DNA of 32,000 nucleotides from Verrucomicrobiota bacterium (GTDB lineage Bacteria; Verrucomicrobiota; Verrucomicrobiia; Opitutales; LL51): NCBI GenBank assembly GCA_021294815.2, contig CP095464.1, positions 60,001 to 92,000 of the forward strand, read 5' to 3'. Shown piece by piece: positions 28,301 to 32,000 of this stretch (position 1 is its first letter; each line of letters starts with the position of its first letter). The notes under the pieces were generated by a model. It saw only the letters and a program-made list of their open reading frames with translations, ran no database searches and was not told where the DNA came from. The position numbers and the translations under genes were made by a program.

Positions 28301-31300
28301 CAGCTGCTTGATAAAATCTTCACTGGTACACTGGTCGTTAAGAATCTTCCAAAACGCTTTTTGTAAATCGGTAAAGGCTTTAGAAACATCGCTAAGACTT
28401 GAAAAATTAGCCGTTACTTCGTCGCCAAGCGTTTTATTGACGATACTGCGAAGCTTGGAGCTCAGTTTCGAATCGGAGATATTACCCGTTCCCTGGGTCT
28501 TTTCCACAAAACATTTAATCAGAGTCTCCCCTTGCCCGTAGCTATCGTCGAGTGTTTGAATAGCACTGGCAATAGCTTTAGCTAGATCAAGTTCATGTAC
28601 CTCTTCTTGCCCCTCTGGAGCGAGCAACGCCCCATATTTTACTTTCAACTGTTCTCGATCCGCTCCATTCGTAAAATTGTACACTTTATTGAGCGACGCG
28701 ACGGCATACTGTGCACGCACTTCTTGAACGGCATCAATTACCTTCTGTACCCCTGATTGCCAATCGATAGCCCCTGCTCGCTGTAGAGCCATAACGGGAT
28801 TATCTCTATCTTGAACCTCCCGAAGTTTCTGAACAATCGTCTTGAAAGCGTTATCAATCGTCTCGGTTTGGGATAAAAGATCTGACCCACCCTCCGTGTA
28901 TGCTGTTTGAAAATTCGCAATAGCATCGCTGAGTTCTTTCGTTTGACTATTTAAAGTTTCCCTTAGTGCTTCGAAAGATTGCAATAATCGTTCCGTCGTG
29001 ATTCCTCCCTCAGAGTTGCCGAAATTATGGAAATAGCCGTCCCAGGAAACTTTGGAAATTTCTTTTAATGCCGCACTGGCATTGGTTTTATCGGGTGAAG
29101 CAAAGGTACTAAAATTAGTTGTAAAGTTGGATAACCACGTATTGAGATTGTTAATGTACTCTTCCGCTAATGCCGATCCCGATGTAAACACGGACTGCAT
29201 GCTATCATAGAGATCTTTGAGGCTTGTCGTACTCGCTGTCTCGTGACTCCCTTGAGCGGCAAAAACATCATCTAATGGCGACTGTGTATCAATCTCATTT
29301 GCGGTGACATAAGCCTTATGGAGCATCTGCTGTAATCCTCCGTCACTTACTGTCGTATCAAGGAATTTGGAAGCTAACCCTTCTTGTTCGGCACCCAGGA
29401 CCCAATGTCCCAAAACATCGCGCAAATTAGTAATGGCCTCGGTTGTGAGCGAGCTTCTATACAAACGGGCGACACCGGCAAAAAAGATTGACGCCGCAAA
29501 GCGGTAAAGACTTTCTTCGAGGTGTGTCAGATACTGATCATGTTGTTGCGCTTGACTCTCAGACAGTTCATAACGGCCTCCGCTGTTCAAGCGGACGGTG
29601 TAGGTAACACTTGAATCCTTTTCCTCCCGGGTTACGCGATAACCCTCTAATGTCGTGACTTGATCCTCTATAGCCTTGATCAACGCCTCATGGTTGGAAA
29701 TCAACGATTCCGATTTGTTGTTGCTACTGTCTTCTTCTACGGGTGCTAACTCCTTGAGAAGCGATTCTGTATTTTTTAACGCGCCTCCTTGTTGTGTGTA
29801 GGCATTTTTTAAAAATTCCACCGTAGAGTTGTATGCCTGAGTCAGCTGCCAGAAGCTCGCGTCTTCCGCTCGATCCGCATCGGCAGTATTGGTAATACGC
29901 GAGAGATTGGCAATATTCTTAAACCCAGTTTGAAGATTTTCCGCTTCAGCATCGACATTTGAAAGCAGCGTCTCTTCAATCTTGTGGAGGGCTTCTGTCA
30001 GCTTATTTTCTCGTTTCCCGTTATCGAGGAGACCGTAGACCGACGCCAGAACATTCCATCGATCGACCGTTTGAAAAATAGGATCGCGCAACGCCGCCAA
30101 TGCCCCGGATTCAACTGCTAACGTCTCAAATGGCGTAATCATATCGGCATATAGATCCGAAGGCAGAACTTTCGTCTGTCCATCGGTCTCCGTATTAGCA
30201 ATGAGCGCATCGAGAACAGTTTTGAGGCCATTGCGCGTCGTATCGTTTCGGAATACGTCAATGCCGCCCTCATTTACGGCTTCGCCCTTTTCATCGACAC
30301 CAAATAGGAATTGTCGAAGATCGATCTTTTCCTGTTTATCGAGCAATGCCCCCGGATTATCTGTTTCGCCGCCGCGCCGTTCTTCAAACACGGCAAGAAT
30401 ATGGAGCTTTTCGATCGTGTTCTTGAGTTCCTCGAGTCCCTTAATCGCTTCTGTAAGTTTCTCGTTGCTGGTCATTATTATGCCCTGAAATCCCTTACCA
30501 AGGATGTTATTCAGAATGGGATACATGCTCGATGGGACATCTTGATACCCCAGATAGTTCTGAAGGCTGTCGAGCGCGCTTTCAAAATTTTCTGACTTAC
30601 ATCCTTGCAATTCGTACAACGCGTCGATAAAGGGCTTAATCGCGGTTAAACGATCCGCGACAATCTTCTCTTCGATTGTCGCGGGACGGGTCTCTTCCGT
30701 ACCACTTATCGTTTTATCACCCCGGAGTTCCGTGATAACGTTATCGATGGTAAATGTTGCTACTACGGCCTCGGCCTCGTCTGATTTTTCGCCTAAATAA
30801 AAGTTTTTGAGTTCTGTGTCTTGGAGTATTGTCCATGCAGCATCAAAACCTCCCTCTATGGACTTATTCAGGCATACCGCATTTAGCATTGTTTCAACGG
30901 CACTCAATGCCGTACCAATGTTACGATAAATGACATCTGCTTTCTCGTTGGTTGTCGAAGAAGAGGTGACGCCATTGGTAACATCTCGAAGATTTTGGAA
31001 TGTCTGTTCGATCCTCCAAAGATCGTGTGTCTCAGGACAAATACTTTTTAACAATTGCTGGAAGTCCGCTAAAGGCAAGTTGATGATACCATCTTTAACC
31101 AATTCATAAACGTCTGAAAACAGCTCGTGTACCAGGTAATCCGTCAATTCTGATTGGAAAGCCTGCTGATAAGCGGTGATATACGCATCCTTTTCCTCCT
31201 CCGTGCACTTGAACTCTCCTTCTTTATTAGCTTCAACATATGTCGAATCGCTGCTCTCTTTAAATGCCAGCGATTGAAATGCACCCACGTTGGTTGGCTC

Positions 31301-32000
31301 CCCAGAAACAACCGCAAATAGGTCATCAGAAGCCGTTTTTAGTGCGTTGACACATGCCGTTTGCGCTGCGCTCGGTGCTGTAGCTGAATAACCCGCTTCA
31401 TCGATTAACAAAACAAGTTCATCCAGTGCCTCCTGAAATGCCTTGGTTTTGGTTTCAATATCGTTCTGAGGTTCATATTCCGGATCCGTGGCGATATTGG
31501 TGATCATACCGGTGATCGTTGCATAATTTTGAGCGGCATGTTGTTGCGCCAGTTCATCTAGAAGTGGTACCAAAACATCCTTTAGGTAGATACCCACAAC
31601 GGCCTGTTTTTCCTCATCACTAACCGTCGCCTCTTCGATCGGGGCGATACTATCACTCGGACTGGGAGAAGTATCTGTAGCCCATAGTGTCGCTACTGTT
31701 GCTCCAGTATCTGCATTTTGATTCTTTATTAATTCATCGAGTGCAGTTTTGAACTGATTACTGGACGGGGTAACCGAATATGTGGAGGCAGTTTTCTGGC
31801 ACAAATATGTTGTCAAAAATCCCCTTATGGTGTCCTCAGCACTATTGCTAAATTTCTCATATTCATCTTGCGTCAAAGCGAAGGCATGGGTATCAAAATC
31901 CTCGAGTAGCGCCTGAATTTCTTCGAAACTAGGTTTATCGAAGTCCAAGAGTTCTCCTGATAAAATATGCTTCAACAAGCAATATTTGACGCCGGCCAGA
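10373..32000 (-). CDS. Giant multidomain protein of unknown function, at least 7,201 aa. The 5' end is probably outside the window. The C-terminal part is translocator-like, suggesting a T3SS-associated secreted or membrane-inserting protein.
   Basis: Track ORF 10373..31978 has no stop in 21.6 kb. The called start is only a TTG. The seven in-frame codons upstream (31979-31999: L A G V K Y C) also lack a stop, and no SD is visible, so the frame is open to the window edge. The stop TAA is at 10373-10375, 44 nt before the chaperone start. My composition-based segmentation is given in the findings. Confidence 0.9.
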   Translation of the reverse strand, partial: LAGVKYCLLKHILSGELLDFDKPSFEEIQALLEDFDTHAFALTQDEYEKFSNSAEDTIRGFLTTYLCQKTASTYSVTPSSNQFKTALDELIKNQNADTGATVATLWATDTSPSPSDSIAPIEEATVSDEEKQAVVGIYLKDVLVPLLDELAQQHAAQNYATITGMITNIATDPEYEPQNDIETKTKAFQEALDELVLLIDEAGYSATAPSAAQTACVNALKTASDDLFAVVSGEPTNVGAFQSLAFKESSDSTYVEANKEGEFKCTEEEKDAYITAYQQAFQSELTDYLVHELFSDVYELVKDGIINLPLADFQQLLKSICPETHDLWRIEQTFQNLRDVTNGVTSSSTTNEKADVIYRNIGTALSAVETMLNAVCLNKSIEGGFDAAWTILQDTELKNFYLGEKSDEAEAVVATFTIDNVITELRGDKTISGTEETRPATIEEKIVADRLTAIKPFIDALYELQGCKSENFESALDSLQNYLGYQDVPSSMYPILNNILGKGFQGIIMTSNEKLTEAIKGLEELKNTIEKLHILAVFEERRGGETDNPGALLDKQEKIDLRQFLFGVDEKGEAVNEGGIDVFRNDTTRNGLKTVLDALIANTETDGQTKVLPSDLYADMITPFETLAVESGALAALRDPIFQTVDRWNVLASVYGLLDNGKRENKLTEALHKIEETLLSNVDAEAENLQTGFKNIANLSRITNTADADRAEDASFWQLTQAYNSTVEFLKNAYTQQGGALKNTESLLKELAPVEEDSSNNKSESLISNHEALIKAIEDQVTTLEGYRVTREEKDSSVTYTVRLNSGGRYELSESQAQQHDQYLTHLEESLYRFAASIFFAGVARLYRSSLTTEAITNLRDVLGHWVLGAEQEGLASKFLDTTVSDGGLQQMLHKAYVTANEIDTQSPLDDVFAAQGSHETASTTSLKDLYDSMQSVFTSGSALAEEYINNLNTWLSNFTTNFSTFASPDKTNASAALKEISKVSWDGYFHNFGNSEGGITTERLLQSFEALRETLNSQTKELSDAIANFQTAYTEGGSDLLSQTETIDNAFKTIVQKLREVQDRDNPVMALQRAGAIDWQSGVQKVIDAVQEVRAQYAVASLNKVYNFTNGADREQLKVKYGALLAPEGQEEVHELDLAKAIASAIQTLDDSYGQGETLIKCFVEKTQGTGNISDSKLSSKLRSIVNKTLGDEVTANFSSLSDVSKAFTDLQKAFWKILNDQCTSEDFIKQLKELSQIPTKLVNGASDRRSQAVQIYEDKLVKLYNFIRGEIASSGESSEDSYFSGALLDFASRLKGGIDSNTYYTTYRRTSNDSVFTRLKDLVNFAGILDRNENVKLSDLEAAGIGDFFKGLNMAFFLIFLQKKYPEWNSDENMLQKLKSEFYTFVKTGESVVQIAGDQKPLEGPETIADDEILNSAYYTCGGTDNTKVQELYSKFMPYTGDLKIIDDNAYYCAYVPKPGDEESNEKERLFVPLDAQAGWIYRIQDERNGIITFDVNQKNQYIKNNGNFYKLAENDVAFIQVSPEEHVRILMPNRRCNSNKEEVISSALPGSEADKKLFVLGENDVAYPLSKYKLLYKVYDGDYMSYVEPDAVEITTTENEQESGGTAEGEDVTGDTDIWKTYQDSIIYYAATKQGFAEVTDIPSENNPGNDEKYYICADEGQYTAVDDIYTRYIYKIEKSVNGESEEGTYYQVVGSKLDANGEVVSYYLEDGDKVDVVANGKHLDIPLYYRSTQGDVKFFGMKLYQWGLETRYVHRNDDHLVLPVEYEKYVLASQVAEEPDFTPSDEKRYSYSSITKKYTEIGNTENYYFTETDEKTGEEVLHRIEFPNRRYAQNTASKEYFYVPHPEIRYIEQGKLSRNAEYLYINNRFVEIRGNGENLEFTQNQNDLATSDYAVASDGGLYRIAPVQAQISETVQLGEGKTRTDTIKPQAVNVKTTAGNIAYANTDFILPAAAAGSATDQSLTISNWKPYRFQDVLSSDIFVQSHITPGDVNSGNKLTAASSNLDTDNNNFKAMAQVSVGTDNTVYLKSVDGRYHPFTPKDRDVTYHKNGNNYLIKGSDEHYYKIDGGSYIVPSGDKNTYYKDTDDELYYVRSSDKIYGRNNRGKYYERADEKVYYKSGLFSYKETTIDDKRRPLYFKTKNFQYKEATHYQPLSEAKNDIYVQDKSGKYHLKTDTIYFKGSDNSYYNRADNKVYFKCEGNRYFENTGDITFYIKLSGDNTYYPQSSTYTFYSNAPGGYQERDDDGVYYVHGEDGAYYDTGCVTLYEDADTSADLASDWYIEDVYADSGSGAKVVDFIKVPNTSGNENKLYVLNTDQMYEIKTIELGKSKTDKNGKTLVPGNRYIQLSKDSFVKVTDSDTRYVEVASEPISKLRPEMTKLQCLERNGKHYVSIKSTSGGCVLKKQVDYFDPSGFGWRILIPEAKNSTSGPYLAAKDGNYYAAKDICVESDDGEVKLLKDIDVVSVAENGTVNYLGNAFDQKGQSNIYCQSSSGACFRVSDPMQQYEVKQDQSSGTYININNDYFNRSSDEVTLKLQYSAADGNPIYRGVSNNDADVTLYVYHTNDSKVALRKPTTSRPIVTKDSEGNDHILQTPLEILWYPKALVTESIKMEITSANMANYVYKVGSKYYNGQNFRFAIKKNGKLQPYNKLKDLESTKGGNGGTVYTAPYLIPSNVSDISSYAVDKAIQITDFDTTTGYVGVNFELTNANMANYVYKAGNGYYSGQDFQLVVRKNGKLLPYTQREDLKSNTSVGSETVYMAPYLIPSNVADISTYDAEKAIKVTDYDIETGYFGVYTLEYEKQDAMVTAASSKANSLCFQGTDNIYYPASSLSILADGDYQSFQGFAYSTKTQTLPQAITSDPSALYQFTPKSDPVINVDENTFVMAEDGNYHVTLGASVGGNGEGSCSRLSVGVNDGKNDATLILGNYRLQAGNGEVSNPSSRFYIEQSNLGNKIRAKIGDRQGTSYVDREDIRAKAKGSTIAAEKVQSFVVVTENGEVEADLSKTYTCQTLTSGNPNYVKTGDGGYFSNRSKTQVDMDVGRYAPIDVAEAASDELANVTKYVRAETTGYFPVNEVKNSPNFIKLRDVYYLQDKENLDSYYVSGITLGELFYYGTKFDYIPLNKATPGDGLYYKYEGDFKSVLDDRYCTSNNARLKGNDGRLYKPSDIYVKGKKFEYCKVRDIAMKTETDEGPTEKAYVKSFKQTCEKIQDQIDELYAKDLAEAREGLRMESQMYASFFQETLDGEPIAKSIVDKLAEYAGATSEVETVVRQEVAIYDLNDELGNLALQNHPNYKKQYIESLQEEFDDYTKRSTISQDEGWKAYYRGVRDELVEWKVSSDDQNIFEQRLASAKQLIIDEFGDLVPPDDFFGGVLAQVVGKIVASLQANADLKDKEKAYDLCYVKLQAIADSLLTLKESWDVEDAESTNLPEAMTALKDRVVMIAEDLNAITSEYCKAIASEVSLFNRITILEYIFNNYGVIDDRVNFTGYEIDSKTNKCQDSAKKIEPRDKEINCWFTQSTDTGEDLLCVLDKTNEIDTGSGKKIPRRILFRYNNAKMRLEKSVIDADFGKNVTDFPKVVEELTWVAARRETDAEEWSASGFLFKDVIRHNLFQQLLRYKADIKDPSTNKIIGEENKIGYLLGMAQDRLAADDYVRAYIEQAAKNLLIPIYRVQDSLLFFNGGDLESPAVVEQLSTTTPTLPKIPETTGTVNQLAGVKYLNSSTVIDPSMMHQSGNITNVPATFPSDVAALEATDKVQLGEMVSYLLETTMKSNGSTDISLTQVKNDVTTGKTFAAHASEVTTAINNCFSEKGLAETMMGGARTFIEKKHQGDKVKFEHYTGNYDFILDKYIARAEGKTDDSGRKTFDKQTFDEEVGKENLLIHNPTLIKGKAYKEQQIVDGVKKDVTVITPWSVSLVGKYYPTGWDGLGVPDDVNKIPKEHQVAQATYKFWECNDQGLPIEENLNFGLGDYGKTFSLQRRETFKASGEKIGSKPGGTPIQYLADVFYDKDFWERLMKNAKSEGGFNIGGAQKYTLAQIQNYCKANSSGISINAIAFLSKKGTDQVYFNWGFPTADRLTNNYHPKNVGDFKSDPSDGNCNKAREKMTPYGDAVINTIHAIYKDLDNRVGFLRRCVNLNKISINTIGIDNISSDITTLLGRNWTGYFNGAAKTTYQAVAEPTTNGAATATQLNLSDYNDFVPETTRKNLAAWRTEYNACSEALNILGNATNNGIVKIFFDAISAYKTAKDANSIGWQFKAKDIMDAYSAAKTVIDNAKAKVQSVTSGNAANLYSALNTLSADMDTVNENAKAANQGANFQKQAKEFLFKLHELEEAHSDWRQNPVSHTAMLSDLQSCQGNAAYEDIKTQIIDPMIKFVDSYDVNGSFYYWWKNGMLSAYDAGARFSPRAETTGTDGKVQYVNPVSKTVNEALMALQSTYGDGWTKGNASRNKLLQNLYTYAHGRHFNEDYASYKAKYSNATKESFLRVVTQPLKRGKWISNLGKLPAPTASLVDTAYAGALADITSSSEKYTQVFGKAFKLVAEYNVIDTTTVPSRCVNSTYGTTDDFSPIPVRKTSSGKTELALITAIDEHPGFIEPTQGTIPTIAWNTASMVLGSLHTIGEDSIASYVAKQSDDLATLTNQEGSAGFYRVTKLLQEIAQKVDIFLKESDSMSLNIALALKKWYNAIVDYAAEYMVINLQTYINDNYQSDGWQNLADNDNAIISISSPNSWRLSPEKDVGQTVLRYMDFKTVGTDHYAIIYHSAQYYTTTATENILRTLWELQSTFYCGNNLATNVTAIKKNIDTYEKIIQNSPKTEDGEKKRLEATANKAEALAKLRYLAYQAQDLGVATVQKNTETNGNVSYNVKPIQNEINKRTNIAKALGDLSRDRDLMLSQQTQVTNTLSQYNDLTEAQKEGYNSISLRAFIQRYKETLQKHCNSKYSDGLPKTTQTVFNRCVKELENLNDTFENIVNRKQVDTFYRWFTQMEKFYYDWKINSVSRSTFLEQLKLFQQISFEFQLPNMIADNDEALSVEDVSVRLGDDMEKMMNKIREAANALEKWALTDAEKYTDPKSTAYKEHYKKYSSYTGVRDALVAAKTSLDAAAKGGEFRVLSDQVACEDIIKDLENLNEDIRAKTKGLSSTNYPDDSDITNWRTSMSSSAELLLITGGGQNVDPKKYFTDVILDHIDEIVAYIEQYNIDVTEGGKSTKDGWNEYTPARRDFEIRTYKKIANRYGFTGDCVRDQTAAIRLMDEINKEIEEEFKSANKDRGKDLIASRISGEAVEFAVDEIHNDSDRMMKYYQAWVDFEKYASFLVSSYLLNNQGNCSKCARKAGSWNNGIYDIHYTGNWATCGTPLLQNIETGQDKFYKTLFDVFEYNKPGAQYTSTADNKDAAKNLRDQFMGNGGYSNIYSNGFSTLNFSTITEDFKLDLLTLYKKTFIEETSPFQQIRSYLRAQNAYNAVIEYIDYLFGHFSTWRGDTNVSEELRSELTSLKENQIYPYYDLHWELANDIRRSNDPGKKPDGADESGGVTVGIIKAMVGKNDNDLLEGTLGDYIDRLINKVANYNSKADAAAIKIARCASITEAIQEVLKSKNYTYESLFGATVSQLAIGGKIIQNADQMVDLIARLEALVKGWNNNDEGANKEAFEAMNPHGTFILRDDGTYTLQEEGEALPANGSVKTVTEEGTMVAVYEDGNVVSSTSEPPTRIVTNELLDVIDTLKDIYVNNDTYKVISETYNRVQVAEYLFSVAGNAVSNLTWWGKDDLTVYERKDGVLQTDANGKAVIDTTENTRSLYLLNSGCYTFNMHGNEDFYYIAALVGNDLRIVQMPKPTGNVKGIVMEGGKEVEKDNATPNSIKHDLNKLTVSEFSNKMQDLEGVFFKLDDKENFTAEQFNPKIVTEDSVMMYSSAEGGIYDGDGNSCGGDADGFLLDANGKRLYNTYVVGSGSATTKTYAAYKFDLNNNEIVLVNYDPIKKSEIVPADTAGNDDGKLERYKTLFNTYNGMYEPHAHYLLNDDVQELFVEEVNKAGIAFGIAYDQWNSSSAAKAFPEAKAKLSTNMTAYASFFSNLSDKLSRHDVLRYNDKLAYESEEVMIARINTVLKNLNADGDFTNFRNLADRAKAYYGVLQKMTNAKAIGDITAAENCADELTKTKQDYENAKLNAASDKGNFAAYVASLSKSRLESADQMKYALSVMTDESTRASLVSSYAFISKKTAMAEEVLQVTNGIDAVSLEVEMLLNNSGARKDFQRVAETIEYGSSQYSDTPIPSLADTWGVARDARFCEYQGWKGDSRDAELYQATLNEFMKQSYFENSEEKNLISSDSVREYLTEMDTMLNGYVEELKRYETYDGILNDVYVIEVVKNNRRRKIAGKGFNEILADHLNWVVSKSRKAALLEDLYAFADDIDTIIASYDDEGELAGQMDADLLQKIKNFRAWLGKKNVADKKTYIGLVINFEPYDSSKFTQDQYLYKIQSSEIHEVMDKYDAAEIDFAEYKTKIEAIPTRGGPLDEYLEQLKDWLNYSQQLEIYQRSLLMLRPKEYAYFNGAWVVTGTLTEKQLESCSGTYYRVIYGYGKNGDPIFIEDKVDNISDPVYISSDSLWHGDYSHYGMMFRLMAILYEKFTMQKNLLADLLKEIQENNEKIAEANAKLAKVNKVQAQAAKQGDKAKVVIPAEVIMYFKKHNITMPTNAMDDNSLLTYENSNFNKRMSYLESNHADVSNLFTYVSQGKLKNGGDVGQNTMLGDLTDRDLLELGSLKEAYELTDDASAKFGDVAKSVKKKSAGALTAISVAIAAAAIAVITVATLGIAGGVAGIGALSFLGALGTKAAIAAGIGIAIGVGAAAAGAASGVAMGIYQLAALGISGAQTDLYGTKSFSAGSGNKLIDAYWYNRNKIVKEDDTAQVRSVLGTYTEALFQKMKGGTLPFPCTIEGICSNKKKPNGDATNGFELKSWAPISNNWNGTGHYKYLAKQMGKASDTSTGDFTSGTNQKLVEAFDLMAHQKFYYSKKSVYKENLTEPDYDYNALILMYKLEAMASVYGDIVTGLAVNYLAGANSKSQTLEALNGLTDPEVASLLGCDRTFSKEDVKQIKSYIDGPGLFTEDENVEGYEKKTLTQCWVEEPKIKRVLNKLYGDGSNGLNADEVSLWSENMRIHVDQITTDGQTITTKMQRMMQRCNETTSLATQMLKSIGDVWKQIYSNIR
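11395..11640 (-). other. ~85-aa Gly/Ala-rich hydrophobic block in the giant protein (about residues 6780-6862), split by a single Lys
   Basis: SAGALTAISVAIAAAAIAVITVATLGIAGGVAGIGALSFLGALGTKAAIAAGIGIAIGVGAAAAGAASGVAMGIYQLAALGISGA. It has one charged residue in 85 and is flanked by KKK on the N-terminal side. This fits a bilobed or multi-pass membrane-inserting segment. Confidence 0.7.
13950..15030 (-). other. Second, shorter beta-like Gly/Asp/Asn/Tyr/Thr-rich island in the giant protein (about residues 5650-6010)
   Basis: HGTFILRDDGTYTLQEEGEALPANGSVKTVTEEGTMVAVYEDGNVVS...GGIYDGDGNSCGGDADGFLLDANGKRLYNTYVVGSGSATTKTYAAYKFDLNNNEIVLVNYD. It sits between helix-like flanks. The segmentation is by eye. 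Confidence 0.4.
22440..27750 (-). other. ~1,770-aa Tyr/Asn/Asp/Gly/Thr-rich, probably beta-structured repeat region of the giant protein (about residues 1410-3180)
   Basis: It runs from ...NSAYYTCGGTDNTK to ...KKFEYCKVRDIAMK. YY/Y-x-Y motifs recur (DNAYYCAYV, GTYYQVVG, EVVSYYLEDGD, DKNTYYKD, DGVYYVHGEDGAYYDTG). It lacks the long heptad or helical runs of the flanks and contains the 93-aa tandem modules. The beta-structure call is from composition only. Confidence 0.55.
23600..24160 (-). repeat. In-frame tandem duplication of a 93-aa (279-bp) module inside the giant ORF
   Basis: Copy 1 is MEITSANMANYVYKVGSKYYNGQNF...TVYTAPYLIPSNVSDISSYAVDKAIQITDFDTTTGYVGVNF. Copy 2 is FELTNANMANYVYKAGNGYYSGQDF...TVYMAPYLIPSNVADISTYDAEKAIKVTDYDIETGYFGVYT. 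My hand alignment gives 54 of 93 identical positions. The matching Glu codons start at 24154 and 23875, 279 bp apart. Confidence 0.85.

Noticed and set aside
31976-31978. TTG as the true start of the giant gene
   Set aside because: There is no SD upstream. The frame stays open through the remaining in-frame codons to the window edge. The first in-frame ATG is more than 160 codons downstream. The TTG is most likely just the first start-like codon the ORF finder met.
10373-31978. Toxin or enzyme motifs in the giant protein (HExxH metalloprotease, DxD glycosyltransferase context, RTX nonapeptides)
   Set aside because: Scanning by eye found no HExxH. HELFS, HEALI, HELDL and HEVMD all lack the second His. 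I found no convincing DxD context and no GGxGxD nonapeptide array. Not finding them by eye does not prove they are absent.
1-32000. CRISPR arrays, IS elements or transposases, integrases, tRNA/rRNA genes, prophage or defence-system genes
   Set aside because: The intergenic space totals only a few hundred bp, with no cloverleaf-capable or repeat-spacer structure. No ORF shows DDE, tyrosine-recombinase, nuclease or ATPase hallmark motifs.

Overview
The window has two parts. Positions 1-4650 are housekeeping-like: a pssA fragment running off the left edge, an rluD-like pseudouridine synthase, nth, two unknown proteins (one with a signal peptide), and secG. Positions 4650-32000 look accessory. 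They are dominated by one minus-strand reading frame of at least 7,201 codons (10373..31978) that is still open at the right window edge. After a 44-nt spacer, the same strand carries a SycD/LcrH-class TPR chaperone. Its stop overlaps (ATGA) the start of an 835-aa YopB/SseC-like hydrophobic translocator, and a 292-aa YopD-like single-TM protein starts 4 nt after that. A 353-aa paralogue of the 292-aa protein lies convergently on the plus strand, behind a small TPR lipoprotein. The main lead is the giant ORF. Its last ~600 residues look like a translocator module: a coiled coil, an ~85-aa Gly/Ala hydrophobic block, and a C-terminal ...IYSNIR tail echoed in the neighbouring translocators. This suggests a giant type III secretion (T3SS) linked protein of a kind I do not recognise. 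No T3SS apparatus genes lie in the window. I saw no rRNA, tRNA, CRISPR array, IS element or integrase. Taxonomy is uncertain: a scattered T3SS cassette and a bilobed hydrophobic domain would fit a PVC/Chlamydiota-like genome, but that is a guess. All homology statements rest on motif recognition by eye, not database searches.
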